NCBI GenBank assembly: GCA_965228975.1
Contig: OZ245851.1
Coordinates: 5,273,007 to 5,337,006 of the forward strand
DNA length: 64,000 nt
Source of the DNA: Alphaproteobacteria bacterium
GTDB lineage: Bacteria; Pseudomonadota; Alphaproteobacteria; UBA8366
Direction of reading: 5' to 3'
The notes beneath the pieces are model-generated. The model did no database searches. It was not told the origin of the DNA and saw only the letters and a program-made list of their open reading frames with translations. The position numbers were made by a program, and so were the translations under genes. Positions 38,168 to 47,507 of this stretch are shown piece by piece (the first letter of the stretch is position 1; the number at the start of each line of letters is the position of its first letter).

Positions 38168-38534
38168 TTGACCCCCCCCCAAAAGTTAATTTCATCAAGT
38201 CGGGCCGGATGTTAGCTCATAAAATTGAAATTTGAAACGGTAACGATGTGGAACCGGAAAGCGCTTCCCGCCCCTAAATGTGAGTTGAAACGAGTGCGCC
38301 ACTACTACATTTGCGGTTTTAGGCCGGGTGCCGGATTTCGGCGGTCACGATGCGAACGGCGCGATGGCTACTATTCCTTAACGCATTGGCCGTAGGAAGA
38401 AACCGTCACGTCTTAACGGTTGGCCGCTTCGCGTCTTCATCGCCGTCTCGCCGATGATAGGATGCGGCGGATGGCATGGAACCGGTCCGCACACCCATGT
38501 GCGGGATGGTGCACGCCGGAAAAGGGGGGTTGCC

Positions 38535-39125
38535 GTGGTTTCACAAGGGCTGCGTCCTACGCGCCGGTCGCTGTCACCCGTTCTTGCCGGGGCCATGATC
38601 TTCTGCCTGACCCTTGCGGCGCCAAGCGCCGCACAGGAAATTCGCGGCAACGCAAAGGTGATTTCCGGCAACCAGATCATGGTGGGTAAGCGGACGGTAC
38701 GGCTTTTCGGCATGGCGGCGCCCGGTCTCGAGGACATTTGTACGATTGGCGATGTCAAGATGCGCTGCGGTATCGTTGCATGGTCCGAACTCATCAAGTT
38801 GGCGGATGGCCAGTACCTCTCCTGTGACATCGAAAAAGTACCTGCCAAGAAATCCGCCGCGGCCGACTCATCCAAGCCGAGCGAAGGCCGGACGAACGCC
38901 GCCGCGGCCGAACCCACGACGCCGTCCGGGCCGGCGTTGAAATATGCGACCTGTTATATCGGCGAGACGGATCTTAACGAGGCGCTCGTCCGGTCCGGCT
39001 GGGCCAAGGTCGTTTTGTCGCACACCGACCGGTATCAGGTGGATGAGACCGATGCTCGCGAGTCGCAGCGGGGGTTATGGGCGTCCAACGGTAAATCCCG
39101 GAAGAAGTCCCGAAAAAAACGCTAG
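38535..39125 (+). CDS. Secreted staphylococcal-nuclease (SNase/thermonuclease)-like protein
   Basis: Signal-like segment (SLSPVLAGAMIFCLTLAAPSAAQE), then VISGNQIMVGKRTVRLFGMAAPG and a C-terminal LNEALVRSGWA...ARESQRGLWA, matching the SNase OB-fold pattern. A ~35-aa low-complexity insert is present. The GTG at 38535 follows a GGGGGG tract, but the start is uncertain (track start 38454). Confidence 0.65.
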   Translation: MVSQGLRPTRRSLSPVLAGAMIFCLTLAAPSAAQEIRGNAKVISGNQIMVGKRTVRLFGMAAPGLEDICTIGDVKMRCGIVAWSELIKLADGQYLSCDIEKVPAKKSAAADSSKPSEGRTNAAAAEPTTPSGPALKYATCYIGETDLNEALVRSGWAKVVLSHTDRYQVDETDARESQRGLWASNGKSRKKSRKKR

Positions 39126-39323
39126 CCGCACGGTGATGACCCAACGTGACGCCGAACATTAGGGGTCCCCGACAATTGATTATGCGTGTATGACGGAACG
39201 CAGGGCCTGCGGCGTCGATGCCGCTTTGGCCCGTTTTCCCGTTAGGCCGGCGAGCGCCGCCGATTCTGCCGACCGGTTCGGCCGCTCCGCTCAAGCCGTC
39301 CGCATGTGTGTCGTCGGGGTGGC

Positions 39324-40919
39324 ATGTTGAAGTTTCCTGCGAGCCTGGACCGATTCGCGCAGTTGATTGGTGGCCCGGTCCTTTCCGGGCGCGGTGTCGC
39401 TATAACGTTGTGCGCCTTTTTCGTCATTGCATGGTCGTTACGGTCCTTCGTCTTCCCCGGGACGGAAGCGGACGACAGCGAAACGCTCGTTCATACCCAG
39501 CACTGGGCCTGGGGATACGATGGCCGCAACCCGCCGCTGTTCACCTGGCTCGTGAAGGCCGTCCAGACCGTATCCGGCCCGGTCGTCGCCTCGGTTGTCC
39601 TGGTCAAGTTCACGTTGCTGGGCGGTGCGTATTGGATGTTGTTCCTCGGCGCGCGGCGCGCGCTGGGCAATGAACGGCTTGCGGCTCTCGCCGCGCTTTC
39701 GCCGTTGGCGATGTATCACGTCGTCTGGGTAACGATCTTCCATCTGACCCACACGGCGGCCCTGGCCTTCAGCGTCACCTTGACCTTCTTCGCCTTGCTC
39801 CGGCTGGAAGACGGCAACCGGATGCGGGATTACGCTTTCCTTGGGATCGCCTGCGGCCTCGGCCTGTTGTCGAAGTACAACTACGCCCTGTTCGCCGCGG
39901 TTTTCTTCGCGGCCGCCTGCACGGACGAGCCGTTCCGGCGCCGCCTCTTCGACCGGCGGATTCTGCTCGCCGTTTCGCTCGCGTGTCTCCTCGCCGCGCC
40001 GCATTACCTGTGGTTCCTAAGGTGGATCGAGGGAGATCCGGCCGGGTTTTCCAGCCTACTCGATAAGCGTTTCGCCCTCGACTATGTCGCGTCCGGCTAT
40101 GCATCCTGGTCGCGGGGCCTGATCGATGCGCCGCTCGCCGTGGTGCATTTCCTCTTGCCGTGCATCGTCATTCTCGGCGTGATATTCCCGCGTGCGTTTT
40201 GGAAGCCGGGCAACGGCCCGGCACCGTCGGCGCGGTATCGGCGCGTCCTTGGACTGACGCTGTTGTCGCTCGTCGTGCTGGTGATCCTTGCCGTGGGCTT
40301 CCTGAGCGTGCCGCGCGTCAAGATTCATTACATGTTCGTTCTCATCCTGTTTCCGATTTTCTTCTTCGCCAGGGTTCAGGGCGCCGGACCTACGGCGCGA
40401 TCACTGAACCTTTATGCCGCCACGCTGGTGATTCTCGCCGTCACCGTCGTCGGGGCCGCAGTCGGCAAATATTTCATGGACCCGGAGCGCCGCAGCAAGG
40501 CGCGCCACAATGTGCCGTACTCGGTACTTGCCGACGGGCTTCGAGCCGCCGGTTTCGAACGGGGTACGATCCTCGGCGATTGGTTCACCTATTCGGTTGC
40601 GGGCAATCTCCGGCCCTTTTTTCCCAAGTCCACATTGATCGATCTTCGCGATTGGAATCACAAACTCGGGGAGACGCCAACGGGCACCGCCTGGATCCCG
40701 CAACCGACACCTGGAGACGGCCAGTGTCTCGTGGTTTGGACCGCCGGCGGGAACGAGCGCGAAGCGGTCATGCGCCGCAGCGCGCGGCTGTTGTTCGGCA
40801 CCGGGACGCTCGAAAGCCACGCGGTCGGATATGTCTCCGCCGTCATGCCGCCGAGCCGTACGCGTCAGGTTCGCCTCGCGTATATTCTGATCCAGTCGGG
40901 CGCCGGGACCTGCCGTTGA
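39324..40919 (+). CDS. ArnT/PMT-like (GT39/GT83-type) membrane glycosyltransferase, paralogue 1
   Basis: ~530 aa and polytopic. The first loop carries acidic residues (TEADDSE) followed by HWAWGYDGRNPPLFTWL. Lipid-carrier-dependent GT-C architecture. Confidence 0.75.
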   Translation: MLKFPASLDRFAQLIGGPVLSGRGVAITLCAFFVIAWSLRSFVFPGTEADDSETLVHTQHWAWGYDGRNPPLFTWLVKAVQTVSGPVVASVVLVKFTLLGGAYWMLFLGARRALGNERLAALAALSPLAMYHVVWVTIFHLTHTAALAFSVTLTFFALLRLEDGNRMRDYAFLGIACGLGLLSKYNYALFAAVFFAAACTDEPFRRRLFDRRILLAVSLACLLAAPHYLWFLRWIEGDPAGFSSLLDKRFALDYVASGYASWSRGLIDAPLAVVHFLLPCIVILGVIFPRAFWKPGNGPAPSARYRRVLGLTLLSLVVLVILAVGFLSVPRVKIHYMFVLILFPIFFFARVQGAGPTARSLNLYAATLVILAVTVVGAAVGKYFMDPERRSKARHNVPYSVLADGLRAAGFERGTILGDWFTYSVAGNLRPFFPKSTLIDLRDWNHKLGETPTGTAWIPQPTPGDGQCLVVWTAGGNEREAVMRRSARLLFGTGTLESHAVGYVSAVMPPSRTRQVRLAYILIQSGAGTCR

Positions 40920-41063
40920 CGAAACTTCCGGCCGGTTCCGCCGCAATCACGGCTTGACCGCATCGTCGCGCATTGGCATTCAAAGGACCCTGCGGGCGCC
41001 GGAATTTCGGCGGCGCCGCGCACAGGGCCACCCGCCCGCATCGGTCATCCTAGGATAGCGGCC

Positions 41064-42542
41064 ATGACGCGACCCAGTTCTCTAAATCGGCTCGCCGCGG
41101 CCATGCCGTTTCTCATCTGCGCGTATTTCGCGGTTCAGGTTGCCGTCCGCGTGTTGATCTCGCCGAGTTTGGGCAAGGACGAGGCGGAACAGGTGCTTCT
41201 CGCCCAGGAATGGGCTTGGGGATACGGGTCGCAGCCGCCGCTCTATACCTGGTTGGCGATCCTGATGTTCCGGGTGTTCGGGGAAGGGGTCCTGGCCTTG
41301 GCGCTGCTCAAGAATTTGTTGCTTGCGGGCAGCTATCTTCTCACCTTTGCCGCCGTGCGAGGCATGGCGCAGGATCGGATCGTCGCCGCGTTGGCGGCGG
41401 CATCGCTGTTGCTATTGCCGGAACTCGCCTGGGAATCGCAACGCGCCTTGACTCATTCGATCCTCGTCGTCTTCGGGTCGGCCCTTTTCACCTACGCTTT
41501 CGTGCGCGTCCTGCAGCAGGGGCAGGCAATCGACTATGCCCTGTTGGGTCTCGGTTTCGCGGTTGGCTGCCTCGCGAAATTCAACTTTCCGATCGTCGCC
41601 ATTGCCATGCTGCTCGCGGCACTGACGATGCCGCCATTCCGGGCGGCTGTTGCGACGCCGCGCTTTTTGATCGCGCCGGCGGTGGCGGCCGCTCTGTTGT
41701 GGCAGCCCACGGTGTGGCTGATCACGAATCGCGATGCCACCCTGTCACGCGCGCATAAACTGACCATGACGCAGACCGACAGTCTGATCATGAATTACGT
41801 CTCGGGCGTGTGGGGATTGGCCTGGGGTGCCGGCATCTTCCTGGCCCTGCTCGTCGCGGTGTACGGAATTGCGCTCGTACGGTCGGCGCCGGGCAGCCCC
41901 TTGCAGGCGACGGCGGCCCAATTCGTCGGCGTGTTAATGCGGTCCCTCGGTATCGCCTTGACCCTCTGCATCATTCTGATCATCGCGTTCGAAGTGACCC
42001 AGATAAAGGACCGTTGGCTGTTGCCGTTGTTGTACTTGGCGCCGGTCATCACGTCCCTGTGGGCCTATCCCCGGCTGGCGTCGTGGCGAGTAGCGACGAT
42101 ATTCGCGGTCATCGGATTTTGTGCAGTGGCGGTTATCGCACTCATCGTTTTGCGGACGGTTGCCGGGCCTTCGTTCGACCGTCCGAATCCGCTCAACGGA
42201 CCGTATGCCGCGTTGTCTCAGCAGATCCGCGAGGCCGGTTTCCGCAATGGCCGGATATTCGCCGCCTTCAACCTGCTGGGCGGCAATATGCGGTTACAGT
42301 TTCCGAATTCCGTTGTCATCACGCCGGAGTACCCGAATTTCGAGTTGCCGGCGTCCGGACAATCGCTGTTGGTGTGGGATGCGACACGGGGCGATCCCAT
42401 TCCCGGCAAGGTAGTGGCTCTGTACGAGAAATCTTCCGGCCAGCCGATAAGCGATCGGACACCGAGATATGTCAGCGCGGTCATGCTGCATGCGGAACGG
42501 CATCACCTGCGGCTCGGCGTGATCGTCTTGCCGCCGCCGTAG
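41064..42542 (+). CDS. ArnT/PMT-like (GT39/GT83-type) membrane glycosyltransferase, paralogue 2
   Basis: 492 aa. The first loop reads LGKDEAEQVLLAQEWAWGYGSQPPLYTWL. It is colinear with paralogue 1 to the C-terminus (both contain LxVW.A and YVSAVM....RL). Confidence 0.75.
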   Translation: MTRPSSLNRLAAAMPFLICAYFAVQVAVRVLISPSLGKDEAEQVLLAQEWAWGYGSQPPLYTWLAILMFRVFGEGVLALALLKNLLLAGSYLLTFAAVRGMAQDRIVAALAAASLLLLPELAWESQRALTHSILVVFGSALFTYAFVRVLQQGQAIDYALLGLGFAVGCLAKFNFPIVAIAMLLAALTMPPFRAAVATPRFLIAPAVAAALLWQPTVWLITNRDATLSRAHKLTMTQTDSLIMNYVSGVWGLAWGAGIFLALLVAVYGIALVRSAPGSPLQATAAQFVGVLMRSLGIALTLCIILIIAFEVTQIKDRWLLPLLYLAPVITSLWAYPRLASWRVATIFAVIGFCAVAVIALIVLRTVAGPSFDRPNPLNGPYAALSQQIREAGFRNGRIFAAFNLLGGNMRLQFPNSVVITPEYPNFELPASGQSLLVWDATRGDPIPGKVVALYEKSSGQPISDRTPRYVSAVMLHAERHHLRLGVIVLPPP

Positions 42543-42546
42543 GCCG

Positions 42547-43020
42547 CTATACGGCCTGATCGCGCGTACCGAACACGACGAATATCTGGTCGACGTCGAC
42601 GGACTGCGAGCAAACCGGAAAGACGCCGCGATAAACCGAGATGAATTCGCGGTTCTCGATCGGGAGCTGCGTGGTCGAAAAAACCGGCTGCTTCGACGCC
42701 ATGACGGTGGCGAATTCTTCGCGTCGCGTTTCGGTCGCTTCCGGCGGCAAATCGTCGCCGAGCGTCTTGCCAGTATAGTCGATGCCGAACAGATCGACGC
42801 ACCCGGTGCCGCATAACCGGTAATGGAAAGCCATGCCGTCATCCGTCGCTTCCGCCTGAAGGATCATGATGTACGGCATGATTTTATGCACGGCGAGCGG
42901 GTCGAAGTCCGGTCGCTCCAGGCAGCCGCTAGGCCCCCGGTTCCCTTGCCAATAGGCATAGAATTGGCGAACGGGATGTTCGACGGGAATTTCGTCCAGG
43001 GTCACGAGTGCGTAAGCCAT
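42547..43020 (-). CDS. PAS_5 (DUF1457)-type stand-alone PAS domain protein
   Basis: 157 aa. FYAYWQGNRGPSGCLERPDFDPLAVHKIMPYIMIL fits the alphaproteobacterial PAS_5 pattern. Confidence 0.65.
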   Translation of the reverse strand: MAYALVTLDEIPVEHPVRQFYAYWQGNRGPSGCLERPDFDPLAVHKIMPYIMILQAEATDDGMAFHYRLCGTGCVDLFGIDYTGKTLGDDLPPEATETRREEFATVMASKQPVFSTTQLPIENREFISVYRGVFPVCSQSVDVDQIFVVFGTRDQAV

Positions 43021-43157
43021 TTACCCTCGTTTCGCGCACGATTTTCAGGCTTTCGACCGTACCGAGAATTAATGAGGATAGAGTAAACGGTTTGCCGTTG
43101 TACCGGGCAGATTCGAGCCGGCGAACGAGCTCGAAATCGGGGTCGTTCTCAGCGGCC

Positions 43158-44339
43158 TCATCCGTAGGAAACAGCAGCTTTCGCAAAGGCCGCGCGTAGA
43201 TCGTCCGCCATATCCGCGACGTCGGCACAGACCGCGTAGCGCATATAGCCGGGGAAATGGACGCCGACCACGCCGACCGTTTCGATCATCGCGAAGTTGA
43301 ACGCTTCGGCGTCGGCCATCGGCTTGCCGAAGGCCTGCGCCGGGGTTTCCCACAGCGTGTAAAACCCGGCCTTGGGCTCGATCGCCAGCCGCATGCCGCA
43401 CTCTTGCATCAGGTCCATCAGCACTGTAAGGCGGGCCTGATAGGTCTCTCGCATGGCATCGATATTCACCTGGTCGGTCTCGAGCGTGGCGATCACGCCG
43501 GCGGCCATCGGGGCGACAAAACCTGCGTCTGTCTTGCCTTTGACCTCTTTCACGTCGGCAATGAAATCCGGCGACCCGATCATCGCGCCGACATGCCAAC
43601 CGGTACCGTTGCCGATCAGTTTCGCCGCGGTATAGGCCTCGCACCAGGACAGGTCGGGGAAGTCCACGGCGATTTCCGCCAAGGGCGCGCTCTCGCTATC
43701 GTGGCTAAGCGCGAAATAGGCTGCGTCGTTGAACAGGCGGATATCGTGATCGCTGCAGTGCTGGCACAACGCGCGCAGCCAGTCGACGGTGGCGACCTGC
43801 CCGGACGGATTATGCGGGTAGTTCGTCATGATGAGATCGGTGCCGGCCTGGATATCCGACGTGCCGAACCGGAAGCCGTTTCCGGAACTCAGCGGCAGCG
43901 CGTAATGGGTCGCATGCACATGGTAGTCGCACCAGTTCGCGGGGATCGGATAGCCCGGTTTCGTCGTCGTGGCGACGGTGACGGGCGCTTCCGCGCAGCC
44001 GCATGCCAGCGGCAAAAGGCCGAGGATCGGTTTGATGCCCGGAATCGGCACATAGTCGACGGCGGCATCCGGGAGGTCGCGGCGCAGATGCGCGGTGACG
44101 AAGCGGCGTGAAAAATCCGGCACCGCCGGGCTCTCGTTATATTGGTAGGCGTGCATCGCCTCATCCTCGCTCATCACCGCGGCCTGTGCGGCCTGCCGGG
44201 CGCTGAGCAACGCGGCGCCCTTGGGTTCGCCGATCGACAGGTCGAGCAGCGTCAGCCCTTGCGCGAGTGCGTCGGTCCGCTTCTGCCGAATTTTCTGAAA
44301 GACATTCGCACCGCCGGCCGGAAGCCTGGATCTTTGCAT
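43158..44339 (-). CDS. Class I/II PLP-dependent aminotransferase
   Basis: 393 aa from MQRSRLPAGGANVFQKI; LDLSIGEP and NPHNPSG-like (YPHNPSGQV) motifs. The track ORF is extended upstream in the same frame. Confidence 0.8.
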   Translation of the reverse strand: MQRSRLPAGGANVFQKIRQKRTDALAQGLTLLDLSIGEPKGAALLSARQAAQAAVMSEDEAMHAYQYNESPAVPDFSRRFVTAHLRRDLPDAAVDYVPIPGIKPILGLLPLACGCAEAPVTVATTTKPGYPIPANWCDYHVHATHYALPLSSGNGFRFGTSDIQAGTDLIMTNYPHNPSGQVATVDWLRALCQHCSDHDIRLFNDAAYFALSHDSESAPLAEIAVDFPDLSWCEAYTAAKLIGNGTGWHVGAMIGSPDFIADVKEVKGKTDAGFVAPMAAGVIATLETDQVNIDAMRETYQARLTVLMDLMQECGMRLAIEPKAGFYTLWETPAQAFGKPMADAEAFNFAMIETVGVVGVHFPGYMRYAVCADVADMADDLRAAFAKAAVSYG

Positions 44340-44538
44340 GCGTCTGTGTTCCCTCATGCTGCCCGTATTCTTGTTACCGGCCAGCCTAGGTCCAGTGGCC
44401 ACGCGCCACAAGAAGAGATCGGCGGCGGCGATGGGACTGAAATGCACGGCTTGCTACAGGGTTGGCACCAGCATCTCGATCACGCTACAAATTGCGGCTG
44501 CACGTCCGAATAAATTACGCAAATCTAGGGAGTTTCCG

Positions 44539-45525
44539 ATGAGAAAATTATTCTCATTCTTGGCGATTGCTGCGCTGGCGGCGGCGGTCAGCGCCCCGGC
44601 GAAGGCCAAGGACTATACGATGACGCTCTGCGGCGCGAGTCCCGGCGGGTTGTGGTCGTTGCTCGGGGCCGGTGTCGATTCCGCGATGAAGGCGGCCTAT
44701 CCGGGGTCGACGGTGACCTATCAGACGTCGGGCGGCGGTTTCGCCAACGTCGGGCTGTTGCGCGGTAAGAAATGTCAGCTGGCCATCGTCCATGACGTCG
44801 AGGCGAAACTCGCTATTGAAGGGAAGCGTCCCTTCAAGCAGGCGGCGAACGATCTGCGCGCCATCGCGGTGCTGTACAATTGGGCGCCGATGCAATTCGT
44901 GATGACCGAGGATTTCGCCGACAAGCATGGCATCAACTCCATCGAGGACATCGTAAAGAAAAAGGCGCCGGTCCGGATCGCCGTGAACAAGCGCGGCAAT
45001 GTCGTCTCGCAGGTGATCGAGGCCATGTTCAAGGCGGCGGGCGCTTCCTACAAGGATATCGAAGGTTGGGGCGGTCAGGTGTTGTTCGCCGCATCGAAGG
45101 AGATGAGCAACCTGATCAAGAACCGCCGCATCGACTCCTTCGGCAACGCCATCTTCGTGCGTCACCGCTCGATCCGCCAGCCGGGCGAGGCCGTGCCGCT
45201 GAGACTGCTGCGGGTCTCCGATGCGACGATTGCGAAGGTCTCGAAGGAGTTGCAGATCGGCGAATACACCGTAAAGGGCGGGTCCTATAAATGGGCGCCG
45301 GACGACGTGAAGACGGTCGCGCTGTCGGCTCAGCTCGTAACCCTGGACACGATGCCGAAGGAAGACGCCTTCAACGTCACCAAGGCGTTGATCGACAACG
45401 CCACGAAGCTGTCGGGCGTTCACAAGGCGATGAAGAAACTGGATGGCAAGTTGATGGCCAGTTCCAAATCGACCCCATACCATGTCGGCGCCGCGGAGGC
45501 GTATAAGGCGGCGGGTCTCCAATAA
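44539..45525 (+). CDS. TAXI-family TRAP transporter solute-binding protein
   Basis: Signal peptide MRKLFSFLAIAALAAAVSAPAKA. GGLWSLLGAG...TYQTSGGGFANVGLL fits the TAXI pattern. RBS AGGGAG lies upstream of the ATG at 44539. Confidence 0.85.
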   Translation: MRKLFSFLAIAALAAAVSAPAKAKDYTMTLCGASPGGLWSLLGAGVDSAMKAAYPGSTVTYQTSGGGFANVGLLRGKKCQLAIVHDVEAKLAIEGKRPFKQAANDLRAIAVLYNWAPMQFVMTEDFADKHGINSIEDIVKKKAPVRIAVNKRGNVVSQVIEAMFKAAGASYKDIEGWGGQVLFAASKEMSNLIKNRRIDSFGNAIFVRHRSIRQPGEAVPLRLLRVSDATIAKVSKELQIGEYTVKGGSYKWAPDDVKTVALSAQLVTLDTMPKEDAFNVTKALIDNATKLSGVHKAMKKLDGKLMASSKSTPYHVGAAEAYKAAGLQ

Positions 45526-45556
45526 CCCGATAACGCGGGCCTATCGGACATGAAAA

Positions 45557-45582
45557 TCTCGGCGGCCTCGGTGCCGCCGAGA
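45557..45582 (+). terminator. Intercistronic stem-loop after the TAXI binding-protein gene
   Basis: TCTCGGCGGC (45557-45566) pairs perfectly with GCCGCCGAGA (45573-45582); 6-nt loop, no T-tract. It may act as an attenuator or mRNA stabiliser. Confidence 0.5.
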
Positions 45583-45602
45583 CCCTATCAGGGCATCTTG
45601 CG

Positions 45603-47507
45603 ATGAAATTGCTGTCGGTGGCGTTTTCGACCGGGGGACGCCGGCAACCAACCGGGTGGTTCAAGGCCGTCGTCACCGCCTATGCGGCCTGCGTGACGGC
45701 GTGGGTTCTTTACGCCGCGACGATCGCCTTGATCGACGCGTTGGCGCTGACCATCATCTTCCTGGCGTTGATGTTGGTGCTGGTCTTCTTGACGGTCAAC
45801 GCGACGTCCGCGGACGAGGATCGTGCGCCGCCGGTCTATGACATCGCGATGGCGCTCGCCAGCGGTTTAGCCGGAATTTATTTTGCGCTCAATGCCGGCG
45901 ATATCGCGGGCCGGATCACCCTGCTCGATCCCTTGAGCCGATGGGACATTTTCTTCGCGACGATCATCTGGGTGTTGACGCTCGAAGCGACGCGCCGCAC
46001 CGTGGGCCTCGGTCTGACGCTGATCGTCGGGTTGTTCATCGCCTATAACCTGTTCGGCGACCGGTTCGAGGGGCCGCTCAACCATGGCCTTATTACCTAC
46101 GAGCATTTCATAGACATCATGGTGTTCACCACGGACGGCATCTTCGGCGTGCCGTTGCGCGTGGCGGGGACCTATGTCTTCCTGTTCGTGCTGTTCGGCA
46201 CATTCCTGTCGCGGGCCGGCGGCAGCGATTTCTTTTTCGATCTGTCGGCGGCATTGAGCGGTCGTTCGCCCGGCGGACCGGCCAAGATTGCCGTCGTGTC
46301 GTCCGGATTGTACGGCACGATTTCCGGCAGCCCGACCTCGGACGTGGTGACGACGGGCGCCGTCACCATCCCGATCATGAAGCGGCTGGGGTATCCCGGC
46401 CGGCTGGCGGGCGGGGTAGAGGTCGCGGCGTCGACCGGCGGCAGCATCCTGCCACCGGTGATGGGTTCCGCCGCCTTCATCATGGCCGATTTTACCGACC
46501 TGGATTATTTGGACATCGTCATCGCCGGCCTGGTGCCCGCGGTGCTGTATTATCTTTGCGTCTATACGCAGGTCCATTTGCGGTCGCTCAAGATGGGCTT
46601 GGCGCCGCTCGCGGACGCGGATATCCCGAAACTCAAGGACACGATGAAGCGCGGCGGCCTGTTTCTGGTGCCGCTCGTCGTCATCGTCGTGGCCCTTATC
46701 GAAGGGTTTACGCCGACCTATGTTGCGGCCTTCGGGGCGGCGACCATCGTGCTGGTGTCGCTGTTCCGCGCCGACACGCGGATGGGACCCCGCGCGATCT
46801 ACGAGGCGCTGGCGGAAACCGCGATGCGCATGGTGCCGGTGACCGGCGCGTGTGCCGCGGCGGGACTGGTGATCGGCGGGATCACGATGACAGGACTCGC
46901 CGCCAAGTTCTCGCATCTGATCTTCTTCATCGCCGATGCCGATCTCTTCTTCTCCTTGGTCATCGCGGCGGCGCTCACCATCGTGCTCGGCCTCGGCATG
47001 CCGACGCCGAGCGCCTATATCCTGGCGGCGGTGCTGGTTGGACCGCTCTTGATCGACGACCTGAAGGTCAACCTGATGGCCGGGCATATGTTCCTGCTTT
47101 ATTTCGCGGTGCTGTCGGCCATGACGCCGCCGGTGGCGGTCGCGGCCTATGCGGCGTCGGCGATAGCCCTGGACAACCCGATGAAGATCGCCGTCACCGC
47201 GGTGCGGTTGTCGCTGGGCGCGTTCATCCTGCCTTTCGCTTTTGTCTATGCGAACGAGATCCTGCTGATCGGCGAGACCGGCGCGATCGTGCTGATCTGT
47301 CTCAGCGCGGCGGCTGGGCTTGTGTTGCTGTCGATCGCGGTCGAAGGATACCTCAAGCGGGTGATGCCTGGGTGGAGCCGTTTTCTCGCGGCGGGCGCCG
47401 GAATCGCGCTGCTGGCGCCGACGCCGATAACCGCGCCGATCGCCCTCGGGGCTGCGGCGGTGGCGCTTCTACCCCAACTACGGAAAGCGCCCGCCGGCCC
47501 GGCCTAG
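45603..47507 (+). CDS. TRAP transporter fused 4TM/12TM permease (TAXI-type)
   Basis: 634-aa highly hydrophobic ORF directly downstream of the TAXI binding-protein gene. Confidence 0.85.
   Translation: MKLLSVAFSTGGRRQPTGWFKAVVTAYAACVTAWVLYAATIALIDALALTIIFLALMLVLVFLTVNATSADEDRAPPVYDIAMALASGLAGIYFALNAGDIAGRITLLDPLSRWDIFFATIIWVLTLEATRRTVGLGLTLIVGLFIAYNLFGDRFEGPLNHGLITYEHFIDIMVFTTDGIFGVPLRVAGTYVFLFVLFGTFLSRAGGSDFFFDLSAALSGRSPGGPAKIAVVSSGLYGTISGSPTSDVVTTGAVTIPIMKRLGYPGRLAGGVEVAASTGGSILPPVMGSAAFIMADFTDLDYLDIVIAGLVPAVLYYLCVYTQVHLRSLKMGLAPLADADIPKLKDTMKRGGLFLVPLVVIVVALIEGFTPTYVAAFGAATIVLVSLFRADTRMGPRAIYEALAETAMRMVPVTGACAAAGLVIGGITMTGLAAKFSHLIFFIADADLFFSLVIAAALTIVLGLGMPTPSAYILAAVLVGPLLIDDLKVNLMAGHMFLLYFAVLSAMTPPVAVAAYAASAIALDNPMKIAVTAVRLSLGAFILPFAFVYANEILLIGETGAIVLICLSAAAGLVLLSIAVEGYLKRVMPGWSRFLAAGAGIALLAPTPITAPIALGAAAVALLPQLRKAPAGPA

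Noticed and set aside
38377-38426. Direct repeat CTTAACGCATTGGCCG / CTTAACGGTTGGCCG (35-nt period) upstream of the nuclease gene
   Set aside because: It might be an operator. It is a single imperfect pair with no known motif match and an uncertain position relative to the nuclease start, so I note it without interpretation.
39195-39219. EcfG-like general-stress promoter GGAAC-N16-CGAT upstream of the first glycosyltransferase
   Set aside because: The -10 element is CGAT rather than the conserved CGTT. Single GGAAC pentamers are frequent at this GC content, so this is too weak to call.
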